DNA of 64,000 nt from Clostridia bacterium (GTDB lineage: Bacteria > Bacillota > Clostridia > Oscillospirales > CAG-272). Below are positions 28,644 through 37,590 of this stretch, piece by piece (position 1 is the stretch's first letter; the number at the start of each line of letters is the position of its first letter). The stretch spans positions 32,954 through 96,953 of the forward strand of contig JAFSSP010000020.1 of the NCBI GenBank assembly GCA_017450945.1, given 5' to 3'. The notes below the pieces were generated by a model. The model made no database searches, was not told where the DNA came from, and worked only from the letters and a program-made list of their open reading frames with translations. Both the position numbers and the translations under genes were made by a program.

Positions 28644-29633
28644 TCAACGAGAGATCCATGCAAGCACACAGAACAGGATGCTGAGAAGATCAAACAAAGC
28701 AACGATCTGGTACTCGTTCCAGCCGTGCGTCTCCTGCAGAGCGTGGTGAAATGGCGCGATGCTGAAGAGTCTCTTTTTGGTCAGCTTGAAAAATAAAATC
28801 TGCAAAAGGCTCGTAAGCATCTCAAAGATCACCGGCAGCATCACAAGAAGGCCGCCGATCGGGTCGCCTGCCTGAAAAGCAAGGGCGATGAGCACGCCTC
28901 CGAAAAAGAGCGAACCGGTATCCCCCATAAAGACCTTGGCAGGATGAAAATTGAAAAGCAGAAAGCCCGCCGCGGCACCGATGAGCATGGCCGAGGGGAG
29001 AAGCAACTGCTCGCTTGACAAAACGAAGGCAAGCACTGCATAGTAGACGGCGTCGATGAGAACGACCGAAGAGAACAGGCCGTCGATCCCATCGTTGATA
29101 TTTCCGGCGTTGACCACGCCGACCAAAAGGATCGCCCCGAGCGGATAAGCAGCCCAGCCGAGATGCCAAACGCTATCCGTGAACGGGAGCTTCCAGTCGG
29201 TCGGATAGAATCCGGTGTATCCCATAACCGCAAGATAGGCCGCGGCAAGAACAAACTGCAAAACCAGTTTTTGCGTGCGAGTAAGACCTTCGCCCTGCTT
29301 TTTGACGAGCTTATTGTAGTCGTCCACAAAGCCGACGATGCCGTTTGCAACGCCGTATGCGATCGTCAGAACAAGCGGAATATCCTCGGGAGCCCTCTTT
29401 TCCACCGCCATCACGATGATGCGGACAAGAAGGACGACAAGGATCGCAAGAATAAAACCGATCCCTCCCATCATGGGAGTACCCTCTTTATCCTTGTGTT
29501 TCCGTGGGCCGAGATCAAATATATACTGGCCGATCTTGTGCGCTCTCAGGATCGGAATGAGGATCCGTTCGGCGATCGCGGTCAGTGCAAAGGTTGCGCC
29601 CAACGTAAGCAAAAAGAGATAGATCGGTTTCAT
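28644..29633 (-). CDS. mraY: Phospho-N-acetylmuramoyl-pentapeptide transferase MraY
   Basis: GTPMMGGI, NAGNINDGIDGL, and PAKVFMGDTGSLFFGG motifs. Confidence 0.95.
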   Translation of the reverse strand: MKPIYLFLLTLGATFALTAIAERILIPILRAHKIGQYIFDLGPRKHKDKEGTPMMGGIGFILAILVVLLVRIIVMAVEKRAPEDIPLVLTIAYGVANGIVGFVDDYNKLVKKQGEGLTRTQKLVLQFVLAAAYLAVMGYTGFYPTDWKLPFTDSVWHLGWAAYPLGAILLVGVVNAGNINDGIDGLFSSVVLIDAVYYAVLAFVLSSEQLLLPSAMLIGAAAGFLLFNFHPAKVFMGDTGSLFFGGVLIALAFQAGDPIGGLLVMLPVIFEMLTSLLQILFFKLTKKRLFSIAPFHHALQETHGWNEYQIVALFDLLSILFCVLAWISR

Positions 29634-29680
29634 TGGGCGCCTCCTTGTTTGAATTCAGAATTTGTTGTTAGAAAGAAGGA

Positions 29681-31108
29681 TCAAAGCTGTTTTTTGAGTT
29701 CTTCAATGATGCGTTCGGCTCCGACCGCGCGGCTGGCCTTGAAAAGTACCACGTCGCCGGGTTTGAGGTCTTTGAGAAGCGCCTTGGCGGTGGCCTTCAG
29801 GTTTTCGCGGTCGCGGTTGTCCGAGATGTTTTCGGGCGCCATCCCCTTTTGCCGTGCACCGACGCCGATCTGGTAACCGCCGTGGCCTACGGTGTAGAGC
29901 TTGTCGATCTGCATGCCAACCAGGCTCTCGCCCACCAGGCGGTGGAGCGCCGGACTGTCGTCGCCGAGCTCAAGCATATCGCCGAGCACCGCAATGCTGC
30001 GGCCGACCCGTCCTTCGGAGCAGATCTCAAGCACGTCAAGAGCCGCAATCATCGATTCGGGAGACGCGTTGTAGCAGTCCTCGATGATGGTGATCCCTTT
30101 GTAATCATAAACATTCTGCCGCATGCCTTCGGTGCGGTATTTGGAAAGGCCGTAGCGGATCTCCTCTTCGTCAAGGCCGGCAAGCATACCGACCGCAAAG
30201 GCGTAAAGTCCCGCGTAAACGTTGTGACGGCCGAGCAGATGGATAAACAGTCCTTTGGTCAGTTTTCCGTCGTGAAGCACGTCAAAGTGCATGCCGAGCT
30301 CCTTGAGATCGACGGTAATATTCTTTGCGCAAAAGTCGGCGTCCTCTCGCTCGATCGAAGCATAGAGCGTTTGGTAACTTTTTCCACGCACGTTGGCAAG
30401 AAGAGGCTCGTCGCCGGAAAGGATCAACGTGCCGCCGGATTTGAGCCCGGAAAGGATCTCGAGCTTCGCTCTGCGGATGTTTTCGCGCGAACCGAGAAAT
30501 TCCAGATGCGCGGTCCCGATATTGGTGATGACGGCGATCTCGGGCTCGGCGGTGATCGAAAGACGCTCAATCTCGCCGAAATTGCTCATTCCCATTTCCA
30601 GAACCGCCCACTGACTGTCGCTCGGGATCTCCACCATGGACATTGGCATTCCGATGAGACTGTTGTGGTTGCCGGGGGTGCGGAACACCTGTTCCTTGAC
30701 CGAAAGGACCGAATAGATCAAATCCTTGGTGGTGGTTTTGCCGACGCTTCCGGTCACGGCGACCATGCGGGAAGAAAGATACGTACGGTAGGTATTTGCC
30801 ATGCGGCAAAGAGCCAAAGAGACATCGGTGACCACAACGGCGGTCACGCCGCTTTTGACAATGGCCTCACAGCTGTGCTCGCAAAGAATACAGCGGCAAC
30901 CCTTTTCAATGGCAGAGGCAATAAAATCATGGCCGTCCTGGTGCTCCCCGCGAATCGCGGCAAACACGACATCCCCGTCCGCCTCTCTCGAGTCGGTGCA
31001 GATGCCGCGGATCGCCTGTGCGCCATGAATGCCGTCCCGCAATTCTCCCCCACATAAGCGGGCAAACGTGACGGCGCTGATCGGTTCTACACTGAAAATG
31101 GTTTTCAT
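29681..31108 (-). CDS. murF: UDP-MurNAc-tripeptide--D-Ala-D-Ala ligase MurF
   Basis: VAVTGSVGKTTTK P-loop of the Mur ligase family. ATG 31106-31108 overlaps the murE stop (ATGA). Confidence 0.92.
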   Translation of the reverse strand: MKTIFSVEPISAVTFARLCGGELRDGIHGAQAIRGICTDSREADGDVVFAAIRGEHQDGHDFIASAIEKGCRCILCEHSCEAIVKSGVTAVVVTDVSLALCRMANTYRTYLSSRMVAVTGSVGKTTTKDLIYSVLSVKEQVFRTPGNHNSLIGMPMSMVEIPSDSQWAVLEMGMSNFGEIERLSITAEPEIAVITNIGTAHLEFLGSRENIRRAKLEILSGLKSGGTLILSGDEPLLANVRGKSYQTLYASIEREDADFCAKNITVDLKELGMHFDVLHDGKLTKGLFIHLLGRHNVYAGLYAFAVGMLAGLDEEEIRYGLSKYRTEGMRQNVYDYKGITIIEDCYNASPESMIAALDVLEICSEGRVGRSIAVLGDMLELGDDSPALHRLVGESLVGMQIDKLYTVGHGGYQIGVGARQKGMAPENISDNRDRENLKATAKALLKDLKPGDVVLFKASRAVGAERIIEELKKQL

Positions 31109-32625
31109 CTCTTTTTCCCCGTACTGTCCTCTTGATTTTGATTGCAACGTTTTGTATAGGCTTCTTTGACGATTTGTCTCTCGGAAAAGGGAATGCGCTC
31201 ATTCCCGATGATTTCGTACTCTTCGTGCCCCTTCCCTGCCAGAACAAGGTAATCGCCTTCCCCGGCGTCAAGCACGGCTCTTTCAATGGCTTCTTTGCGG
31301 TCGGGACTCTCGTAAAGGGGCGTGTTTTCGTCGATCCCCGCGCGAATTTCGGAAAGGATCTCCTTTGTACTTTCGCTTCTGCTGTTGTCGGCAGTCAGAT
31401 AGATCACGTCGGCAAGATCCGAGGCGATCTTTCCCATGACCGGGCGCTTGGTCCTGTCGCGGTCCCCGCCGCACCCGAAAAGAAGAAGCAGACGACCGCC
31501 AGCCCCTTTCATCTGCCGCACGGTGCGAAGAAGGTTTTCCAACGCGTCCGGCGTGTGCGCATAGTCGATGAGCACGGTAAATTTTGCGCCGGTGCCAAGC
31601 CTGACCCGCTCCATTCGCCCTTTGACTCCGGAGAGTCCCGCGAGCGCGTCTTTGACGACACCGGGCGAAATCCCCAACTCCAGCGCGCAGACAGCCGCTT
31701 CCATCGAGTTCATGAGGGTAAAGCTTCCGGGAATCGGGCATTGAATATGCAGTCTCGTTCGCCCGGAGGAAAGATCGTATTCGAGGCCCCGGTTTCCGCG
31801 AAAGCTCACACCGTCCGCGCAATAATCGACAGGCCGGCAGGTCCCGCAGAACACGCTCCTCCCTGCCGCGTGCTTTGCCATGAAAGCCGCGTATCCGGAG
31901 TCGGCGTTAAAGACCGAAAGGTCGCATTTTTCAAACAGTTTTGCCTTGCAGTCGGCATAGGACTGCATGGTCTTGTGAAAGTCGAGATGCTCGGGCGTCA
32001 GGTTGGTAAAAATCCCTGCCGCAAAATGAAGCGGTGCGAGCTTTTCGAGCGCCAGCGCGTGAGAGGTGACCTCCATGATCACGTATTCCACGCCGTCGTC
32101 GGCCATCTCACGGAGCATCCGGTAGAGGTCTTGCGGGTCGGGCGTCGTCATGTTTGCAAGATGGTTGGCGTTGTGATTTTCGAGGCTTCGCCCGGCCGAA
32201 TCGCACCCGACCGTTCCGATGAGTCCGCAACGGTACATGGCCGACTCCAAGATCCTTCTGAGCATCCCGCTCGTACTGGTTTTGCCGTTGGTTCCGGTCA
32301 CGCCGATGAGCTTCATCTTTTCTGACGGCAAGCCGTAAAAGGCATGACAAAGAAAGGGAAACGCCCGCCGCGCGTTGTCGGTTTGCAAAAGGATCGCGGA
32401 AGGATCATCGACCCGCGCGTCCTTTTCGGCAAGGATCGCAACAGCGCCTTTTGCAAGCGCTTTTGGGATCAGCCCGGACGCGTCGGTGTGAAATCCTTTG
32501 ATTGCAACAAACAGACTGCCCGGGATCACCTTTTCGGTGTGATCGGTCACAAGCGCAATTTCGGTGTCGCCGACGCCGTCCGGGCAAACCAGATCGGCGT
32601 GTCGGCAAAGTTCTTTCAGTTTCAT
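31105..32625 (-). CDS. murE: UDP-MurNAc-L-Ala-D-Glu--2,6-diaminopimelate (or L-Lys) ligase MurE
   Basis: IGVTGTNGKTSTS P-loop and the MurE layout. The specificity motif reads DNSR, close to the meso-DAP DNPR, so the substrate assignment is tentative. Confidence 0.92.
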   Translation of the reverse strand: MKLKELCRHADLVCPDGVGDTEIALVTDHTEKVIPGSLFVAIKGFHTDASGLIPKALAKGAVAILAEKDARVDDPSAILLQTDNARRAFPFLCHAFYGLPSEKMKLIGVTGTNGKTSTSGMLRRILESAMYRCGLIGTVGCDSAGRSLENHNANHLANMTTPDPQDLYRMLREMADDGVEYVIMEVTSHALALEKLAPLHFAAGIFTNLTPEHLDFHKTMQSYADCKAKLFEKCDLSVFNADSGYAAFMAKHAAGRSVFCGTCRPVDYCADGVSFRGNRGLEYDLSSGRTRLHIQCPIPGSFTLMNSMEAAVCALELGISPGVVKDALAGLSGVKGRMERVRLGTGAKFTVLIDYAHTPDALENLLRTVRQMKGAGGRLLLLFGCGGDRDRTKRPVMGKIASDLADVIYLTADNSRSESTKEILSEIRAGIDENTPLYESPDRKEAIERAVLDAGEGDYLVLAGKGHEEYEIIGNERIPFSERQIVKEAYTKRCNQNQEDSTGKKR

Positions 32626-32694
32626 GGGTTCCTCCTTGGGACAGAAGCGTTCAAAAAGTTTTTTGACGTCCCGGGAGGATGCTCCCTTTTTGGT

Positions 32695-34986
32695 TTAGTC
32701 CACGGCTTCGAGATAGCGGAAGGTCACTTCGACCACGCTTCCCTTTGCCACAACACTTCCGGGTTCCACCGACTGGGAAACGACGACGCAGCCGGTTCCG
32801 GAAAGGTAATTCTTGGTTCCTTTGATGCGGATGTTGAGCCCCGCGTTGATCAGCGTTTGATTGGCCGCCTGCGCGCTCATACCGGTCACGTTCGGCACGC
32901 TCACAGTCTCGACCTCGGCACTCTTGTCGGTGTAAAGAATAACGGTGGCACTGCTCTTTTCCACCATGGTGCCGGCCTCGGGATACTGACGGCGAACCAC
33001 GCCGTCACGGTCTCCGACGACCTTGACGCTGACTCCGTAGGAAGAGCCGCCGAGCATTTTGCTTGCGGCGGAAACCGTCCAGCCGACGCAACTCGGAATG
33101 GTGACGGCAAGATTTTGCAGTTCTTTTTCGGAATAGACCGCTTCCACGCCGAGGTAAGGCAGGATGTTGGCCATAACGTTGCCTACATAGGGTGCCGCCA
33201 CGGTGCTTCCGTAAAGCACGCCTGCCGTGGGTTCATCCACAATGATGATCACCGCGTACTGCGGATCGTCCGCGGGTGCAAAGGCAACCGTCGAGCAGAC
33301 GTATCTGCCCTCGCTCCCGGCATTCTTTTTTTCGGAGGTGCCGGTTTTTGCGGCAATGCGGTAACCGGCAACATAGGCGTTTTTGGCGCCGCCGCATCCG
33401 GAAACGCCCTCCTCCAGGATTTTTGCCACGCGCTGACAGGTCGAAGCGCTGACCACCTGGCGTTTGACGTTGGTATCAAAGGATTTGACCAGATTCCCGT
33501 CCCGGTCGGTGATCGACGAAACGAGGTGCGGCGTAACGAGATAGCCGCCGTTGGCCACGGCCGAGATCGCGGTGATCTGCTGAATGAGCGTCACGTTGAA
33601 GTTCTGACCGAAGGAATAGATGGCAAGATCGAGATCGGTAAAGCTCTTTTCGGAAATGAAAATGCCGTTCCCTTCGCCGGGCAGATCGATCCCGGTTTTC
33701 TCCCGGTACCCGAAGGCCTTGAGATAGCTGTAAAATTTGGAAGTTCCGAGCCTCAGTCCCACCTGCATGAGCACCGGGTTGCAGGACTGCTGGATGCCGC
33801 CTTCAAAGGTCAGAGATCCGTGTCCGGAAGTTTTGTGGCAGTGGATCCGTTGGCCCAATACCGTATAGGAACCGCTGCAATAAAAGCTGTCGCTCTCGGT
33901 CACCACGGCCTCCTCGAGCGCCATGGAAGCGGTCAAGACCTTGAAGGTGGATCCGGGAATATAGGATTCGGTCACAGCTTTGTTCGACCACATGCTCTGA
34001 AGCAGTGCCTGCTCGAGAGCCGTGTACTCGTCGGTGTCCTGTCTGTAGCCGCTGTTTTGCAGTTTTTCTTGGGACTGCGCGTCGAGCGTCCAGGGGTCGT
34101 TGGCGTCAAAGGTCGGATAAACGCCCATGCCAAGGATCGCCCCGGTGTTCACGTTCATCACGATACCCGCCGCACGGTTTTGACCGTTTGCTTCGAGGTA
34201 GGCGCTTTTCAGTTCCTCTTCGAGCGCCGACTGCACGAAAATATCGAGGGTGGTATGCAGATTGTAGCCGTTTTCTTCGCTGATATATTCCTTATATTCA
34301 TAGGGCATCTCATTGCCCCGCGCATCTCTTGCGGTAATGTATTTGCCGCTTTTGCCCGAAAGATACTCGTTGTAGGAGTACTCCAGTCCGTAAAGTCCGA
34401 TGCCGTCGCTCCCGGTAAATCCGAGCACATGGCAGGCAAGCGTCGAGTAAGGGTAAAACCGGGTGCTGGTCGTTTGCAGATAAACCACCTGCTGCAGGCT
34501 GTAGTCGGCAATGAATTTGCGGACCCGGTCCGCATCCTCCTCGGAAACTTCTTTTTTGATCGTCCGATCGAGGTATTTTGTGTAGGTGGTCTGCCGAAGA
34601 ACAAAATCGCGAGAAACGCCCAAAATGGAGGAAAGCCGATCGGCGATCAGATCGTCCAGCTTGAGATTGCTTCCGTTTGCCCTAAGCTCGGCCTGCTGTG
34701 CCACCAGCGAGGAGGGAGACAGGAACACGCGGTAGGTCGTTACGTTGGTGGCAAGGAGCGTTCCGTTGCGGTCATAGATGCCGCCGCGCGAGGCTGAGAC
34801 CTCGGTCTCGGTGGTCATCTGGTCGATCACCTTTTGCTGGTAGTATTCATATCGGAAGGTTTGCAGATAAAGAATGCGAAGGAGCAGAAAGGAAAAAAGG
34901 GCGACGGCGATGGAAAACAGCCAAACCGAACGTTTGGTCAGCTTCGGATGCGGCACTTCCGGGTTTTGCATCCGATTCTTTTCCAT
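32695..34986 (-). CDS. Class B penicillin-binding protein (FtsI/PBP2B/SpoVD-like) with two C-terminal PASTA domains
   Basis: Transpeptidase motifs STFK, SCN and KTGT are all present, followed by two PASTA-like repeats. ATG 34984-34986 follows GGGGGA. Confidence 0.92.
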   Translation of the reverse strand: MEKNRMQNPEVPHPKLTKRSVWLFSIAVALFSFLLLRILYLQTFRYEYYQQKVIDQMTTETEVSASRGGIYDRNGTLLATNVTTYRVFLSPSSLVAQQAELRANGSNLKLDDLIADRLSSILGVSRDFVLRQTTYTKYLDRTIKKEVSEEDADRVRKFIADYSLQQVVYLQTTSTRFYPYSTLACHVLGFTGSDGIGLYGLEYSYNEYLSGKSGKYITARDARGNEMPYEYKEYISEENGYNLHTTLDIFVQSALEEELKSAYLEANGQNRAAGIVMNVNTGAILGMGVYPTFDANDPWTLDAQSQEKLQNSGYRQDTDEYTALEQALLQSMWSNKAVTESYIPGSTFKVLTASMALEEAVVTESDSFYCSGSYTVLGQRIHCHKTSGHGSLTFEGGIQQSCNPVLMQVGLRLGTSKFYSYLKAFGYREKTGIDLPGEGNGIFISEKSFTDLDLAIYSFGQNFNVTLIQQITAISAVANGGYLVTPHLVSSITDRDGNLVKSFDTNVKRQVVSASTCQRVAKILEEGVSGCGGAKNAYVAGYRIAAKTGTSEKKNAGSEGRYVCSTVAFAPADDPQYAVIIIVDEPTAGVLYGSTVAAPYVGNVMANILPYLGVEAVYSEKELQNLAVTIPSCVGWTVSAASKMLGGSSYGVSVKVVGDRDGVVRRQYPEAGTMVEKSSATVILYTDKSAEVETVSVPNVTGMSAQAANQTLINAGLNIRIKGTKNYLSGTGCVVVSQSVEPGSVVAKGSVVEVTFRYLEAVD

Positions 34987-35077
34987 GTCGCATCCCCCTT
35001 TTCGGCTTCCGGGATCCATCCCGGCAAGCATACGATAATTCAGTCTATGGGTAAGTGCAGCATCTTATGACGAAAAG

Positions 35078-35914
35078 TCATTTTTTGATCCCGATGGCGC
35101 TGAGCAGTGTGGAAAGGCCGACTCCCGTAGGCTTTCCGTCCGGGTAGGTTTCCACGCTCTCTCCGTCTCCGATCGAGAGCGTCTCGGTCCGGACGTATTC
35201 TTCTCCGATCATGCCGCACTCGTTCTGTGCAAGTTCACGAATGAGAAGCACATCGTTTGTCAGGTGAAGATCCGATTGCAGCTCCTCGATTTGCAGATTG
35301 ATCTGTGACAGCTCTTTTTTGAGCTTATTGTTGACCGTCTCTCCGTGGTTGACAAGGATCGAGCCGCCGACGATCAGCGTCAGGCAAAGCGCCAGAACGC
35401 CAATGGCGGCAAAGGCCGAGACCGGAAAACGCTTTCCGCTGTTCTCCGTTGGCTTTGTACCGTCAAACCAACGGTAGGATCCGGAAAAGAACCTTTTGGC
35501 CTCCCGCTTTGCAAAAGCGACAAGTCCGGTCTTTTCTTCGGTTTGCTCTTTGCGTTTGACAGGCAGTCTTTCTTCTTTTTTTTCAAGCGCAAGCTCCTGC
35601 GCCTCTTCCTTTTCGGGAAGTCCGGGAAGGATGACCTCGGAGAGATCCACGCCCTCGAGCCGCTTTTTGCGAACGGCTGATACGTGAGCGATCAGCTCGT
35701 CCAGCGTCAGCGTGGGACGATCGGTACACTCGCCCTGCGAGAGACTGTAGGCGTCGGGCGCCTGCATTCTGGTATAGGCCTCACGCACTTCCTGCGCGCC
35801 GACCTCCTTTTGAACCAAAAGAAGGGCTTCCATCTCGGAGAGCTTCTCTTCCCCATCGCAAAAAGACCCTTTTGAAGGGTCATTTTGCAGATCAAAGAAG
35901 GTCAGCTGTTCCAT
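35078..35914 (-). CDS. FtsL-position bitopic protein (278 aa): long cytoplasmic N-terminus, one transmembrane segment, extracytoplasmic coiled coil
   Basis: Sits between rsmH and the PBP gene. Transmembrane segment FPVSAFAAIGVLALCLTLIVGGSILV is followed by NNKLKKELSQINLQIEELQSDLHL. RBS AAAGGAG. Confidence 0.6.
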   Translation of the reverse strand: MEQLTFFDLQNDPSKGSFCDGEEKLSEMEALLLVQKEVGAQEVREAYTRMQAPDAYSLSQGECTDRPTLTLDELIAHVSAVRKKRLEGVDLSEVILPGLPEKEEAQELALEKKEERLPVKRKEQTEEKTGLVAFAKREAKRFFSGSYRWFDGTKPTENSGKRFPVSAFAAIGVLALCLTLIVGGSILVNHGETVNNKLKKELSQINLQIEELQSDLHLTNDVLLIRELAQNECGMIGEEYVRTETLSIGDGESVETYPDGKPTGVGLSTLLSAIGIKK

Positions 35915-35936
35915 ATCGGACTCCTTTGGGTCTATG

Positions 35937-36899
35937 TCAAAGTTTTTCCGCCACGCGCAATTTTGCGCTGCGCGAGCGGGGATTTTCCTCCAGTTCCTCT
36001 TGCGAGGGGAGGATCGGTTTTTTATGGACGAGTTTTATCTTTGGGCGGTTGCCGCAAACGCAGACCGGAAAGCTCTTGGGGCAAATACAGCCCTGTGCAA
36101 GCTCGGCGAAGGTCTGCTTGACAATGCGATCCTCCAGCGAGTGGAAGGTAATGATTGCAATCCTGCCTCCGGGCTTCATCAAGCGGACAGCTGAACGGAT
36201 CGCAGGCGCGATCACGTCCAGCTCCCCATTCACCGCAATGCGAAGCGCCTGAAAGGTGCGCTTGGCCGGGTGATGTCCGCCATCCCGGTTGGATGCCGGG
36301 ATCGACTTTTTGACGATTTCAACGAGTTCCCCTGTCGTTTCGATCGAAGCCGATTCCCGGGCATGGATGATATTCGATGCTATGCGAGAGGCAAATCGTT
36401 CCTCTCCGTATTCCCAAAGGATGCGCCGAAGCTCCTCCTCGGGATAAGTGTTGACAATGATTTTTGCATTCAGCGGATTTCTTTGATCCATCCGCATATC
36501 GAGCGGCGCGTCGTTTTGGTAAGAGAATCCCCGCTCGGGCGTATCCAACTGATAGGAGGAAACGCCAAGATCGAGAAGCAGTCCGTCGATCGCCTCGATC
36601 CCTTCTTCTTTGCAAACCTGTTCCAGTTCGCAAAAATTGCTTCGCACAACCTTTGCATGACCGCCGAAGGTAGAGAGCCGTTCGGTTGCAGCACGCACGG
36701 CGCTCTCATCCTGGTCAAGCGCGAGAAGAAGCCCGCCCTCTTCGGTCAGGTGAGAAGCAATGACCGAGCTGTGCCCCGCTCCGCCGGCGGTTCCATCCAC
36801 ATAGACGCCGTCCGGACGAAGATTCAGATTGTCGATACACTCTTGCAGGAGTACCGGTTTGTGCGAAAAATCAAGTTGATCCACTGCCGCGTCTCCCAA
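35937..36899 (-). CDS. rsmH: 16S rRNA (cytosine1402-N4)-methyltransferase RsmH
   Basis: HKPVLLQE...YVDGTAGGAGHS...DLGVSSYQLD are RsmH hallmarks. The track start is TTG 36897-36899. Confidence 0.93.
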   Translation of the reverse strand: MGDAAVDQLDFSHKPVLLQECIDNLNLRPDGVYVDGTAGGAGHSSVIASHLTEEGGLLLALDQDESAVRAATERLSTFGGHAKVVRSNFCELEQVCKEEGIEAIDGLLLDLGVSSYQLDTPERGFSYQNDAPLDMRMDQRNPLNAKIIVNTYPEEELRRILWEYGEERFASRIASNIIHARESASIETTGELVEIVKKSIPASNRDGGHHPAKRTFQALRIAVNGELDVIAPAIRSAVRLMKPGGRIAIITFHSLEDRIVKQTFAELAQGCICPKSFPVCVCGNRPKIKLVHKKPILPSQEELEENPRSRSAKLRVAEKL

Positions 36900-36900
36900 A

Positions 36901-37326
36901 TCAGAGTCCGAGCGTTTCGAGTTCGCGGATCATCTCATCCACGTCTTCTTTGTTCTTGTAATTCTCGTAAGCCTCGGCGTCCCAGATCTCCGCGTAATTG
37001 AAGCAACCCACGATCACCACGTCCTTTTTGAGGCCGGCAAGATCGACAAGCTGTTTCGGCAAGAGAACCCGCCCGTGCGAATCGGGCGAGACCTGCGTCA
37101 TGGACGCGTGCAGGAAGCGCAGAACGCGCTCCTGGAGAGAACGGTTGTTCTTTTCGAGCATGAGCTGTACGTAGGAATTCCATTCTTCGGAGGAATAAAC
37201 TTTGAGACAATTCTCGCGCAGACTGCGGGCGATGATAAAGGTCTCGCCGAGTTCCTCGCGGAACTTTGCCGGAATGAACAAACGGTTTTTTGCATCCAGG
37301 CCATGTTGATATTCGCCGCCGAGCAT
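36901..37326 (-). CDS. mraZ: Transcriptional regulator MraZ
   Basis: GEYQHGLDAKNRLFIPAKFREEL plus a second DSHGRVLLPKQL SpoVT/AbrB-like repeat. ATG 37324-37326 follows GGAGGAAAGG. Confidence 0.93.
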   Translation of the reverse strand: MLGGEYQHGLDAKNRLFIPAKFREELGETFIIARSLRENCLKVYSSEEWNSYVQLMLEKNNRSLQERVLRFLHASMTQVSPDSHGRVLLPKQLVDLAGLKKDVVIVGCFNYAEIWDAEAYENYKNKEDVDEMIRELETLGL

Positions 37327-37366
37327 TCTGCCTTTCCTCCTGTCTTTTGGTGTTGGTGCCCTGTAT

Positions 37367-37408
37367 TGCCCCACTTTGGTGATTTTATGCCCCACTTTGC
37401 ACCACATC
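37367..37408 (-). promoter_or_regulatory. Putative MraZ operator: three phased GTGG boxes
   Basis: Minus strand reads ATGTGGTGcAAAGTGGGGcataaaatcaccAAAGTGGGGca. The GTGG cores are spaced 10 and 21 nt apart, immediately downstream of the -10. Confidence 0.5.
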
Positions 37409-37411
37409 TGT

Positions 37412-37440
37412 ATTATATCTTAACTTTTTCCAGAAAACAA
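37412..37440 (-). promoter_or_regulatory. Putative sigma-A promoter of the dcw operon (Pmra)
   Basis: Minus strand reads TTGTTT (37440-37435), 17-nt spacer, TATAAT (37417-37412). Confidence 0.5.
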
Positions 37441-37542
37441 GGGGTTTTTGAAAAAAAGTTTCAAAAAAATGCAACTTTTTTTCGTTTTTTTGATCTTTTT
37501 TGCCATCCTTCGCCTCCGCGCAGGGATCCGGTGCTTCCAAAA

Positions 37543-37589
37543 CGCAAAAAAAGGAGGCGCTCGACTGCGTTTAGCAGTGAGCGTCTCCT
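37543..37589 (-). terminator. Rho-independent terminator after the DHHW gene
   Basis: AGGAGACGCTC...GAGCGCCTCCT stem followed by T7 on the minus strand. Confidence 0.7.
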
Positions 37590-37590
37590 G

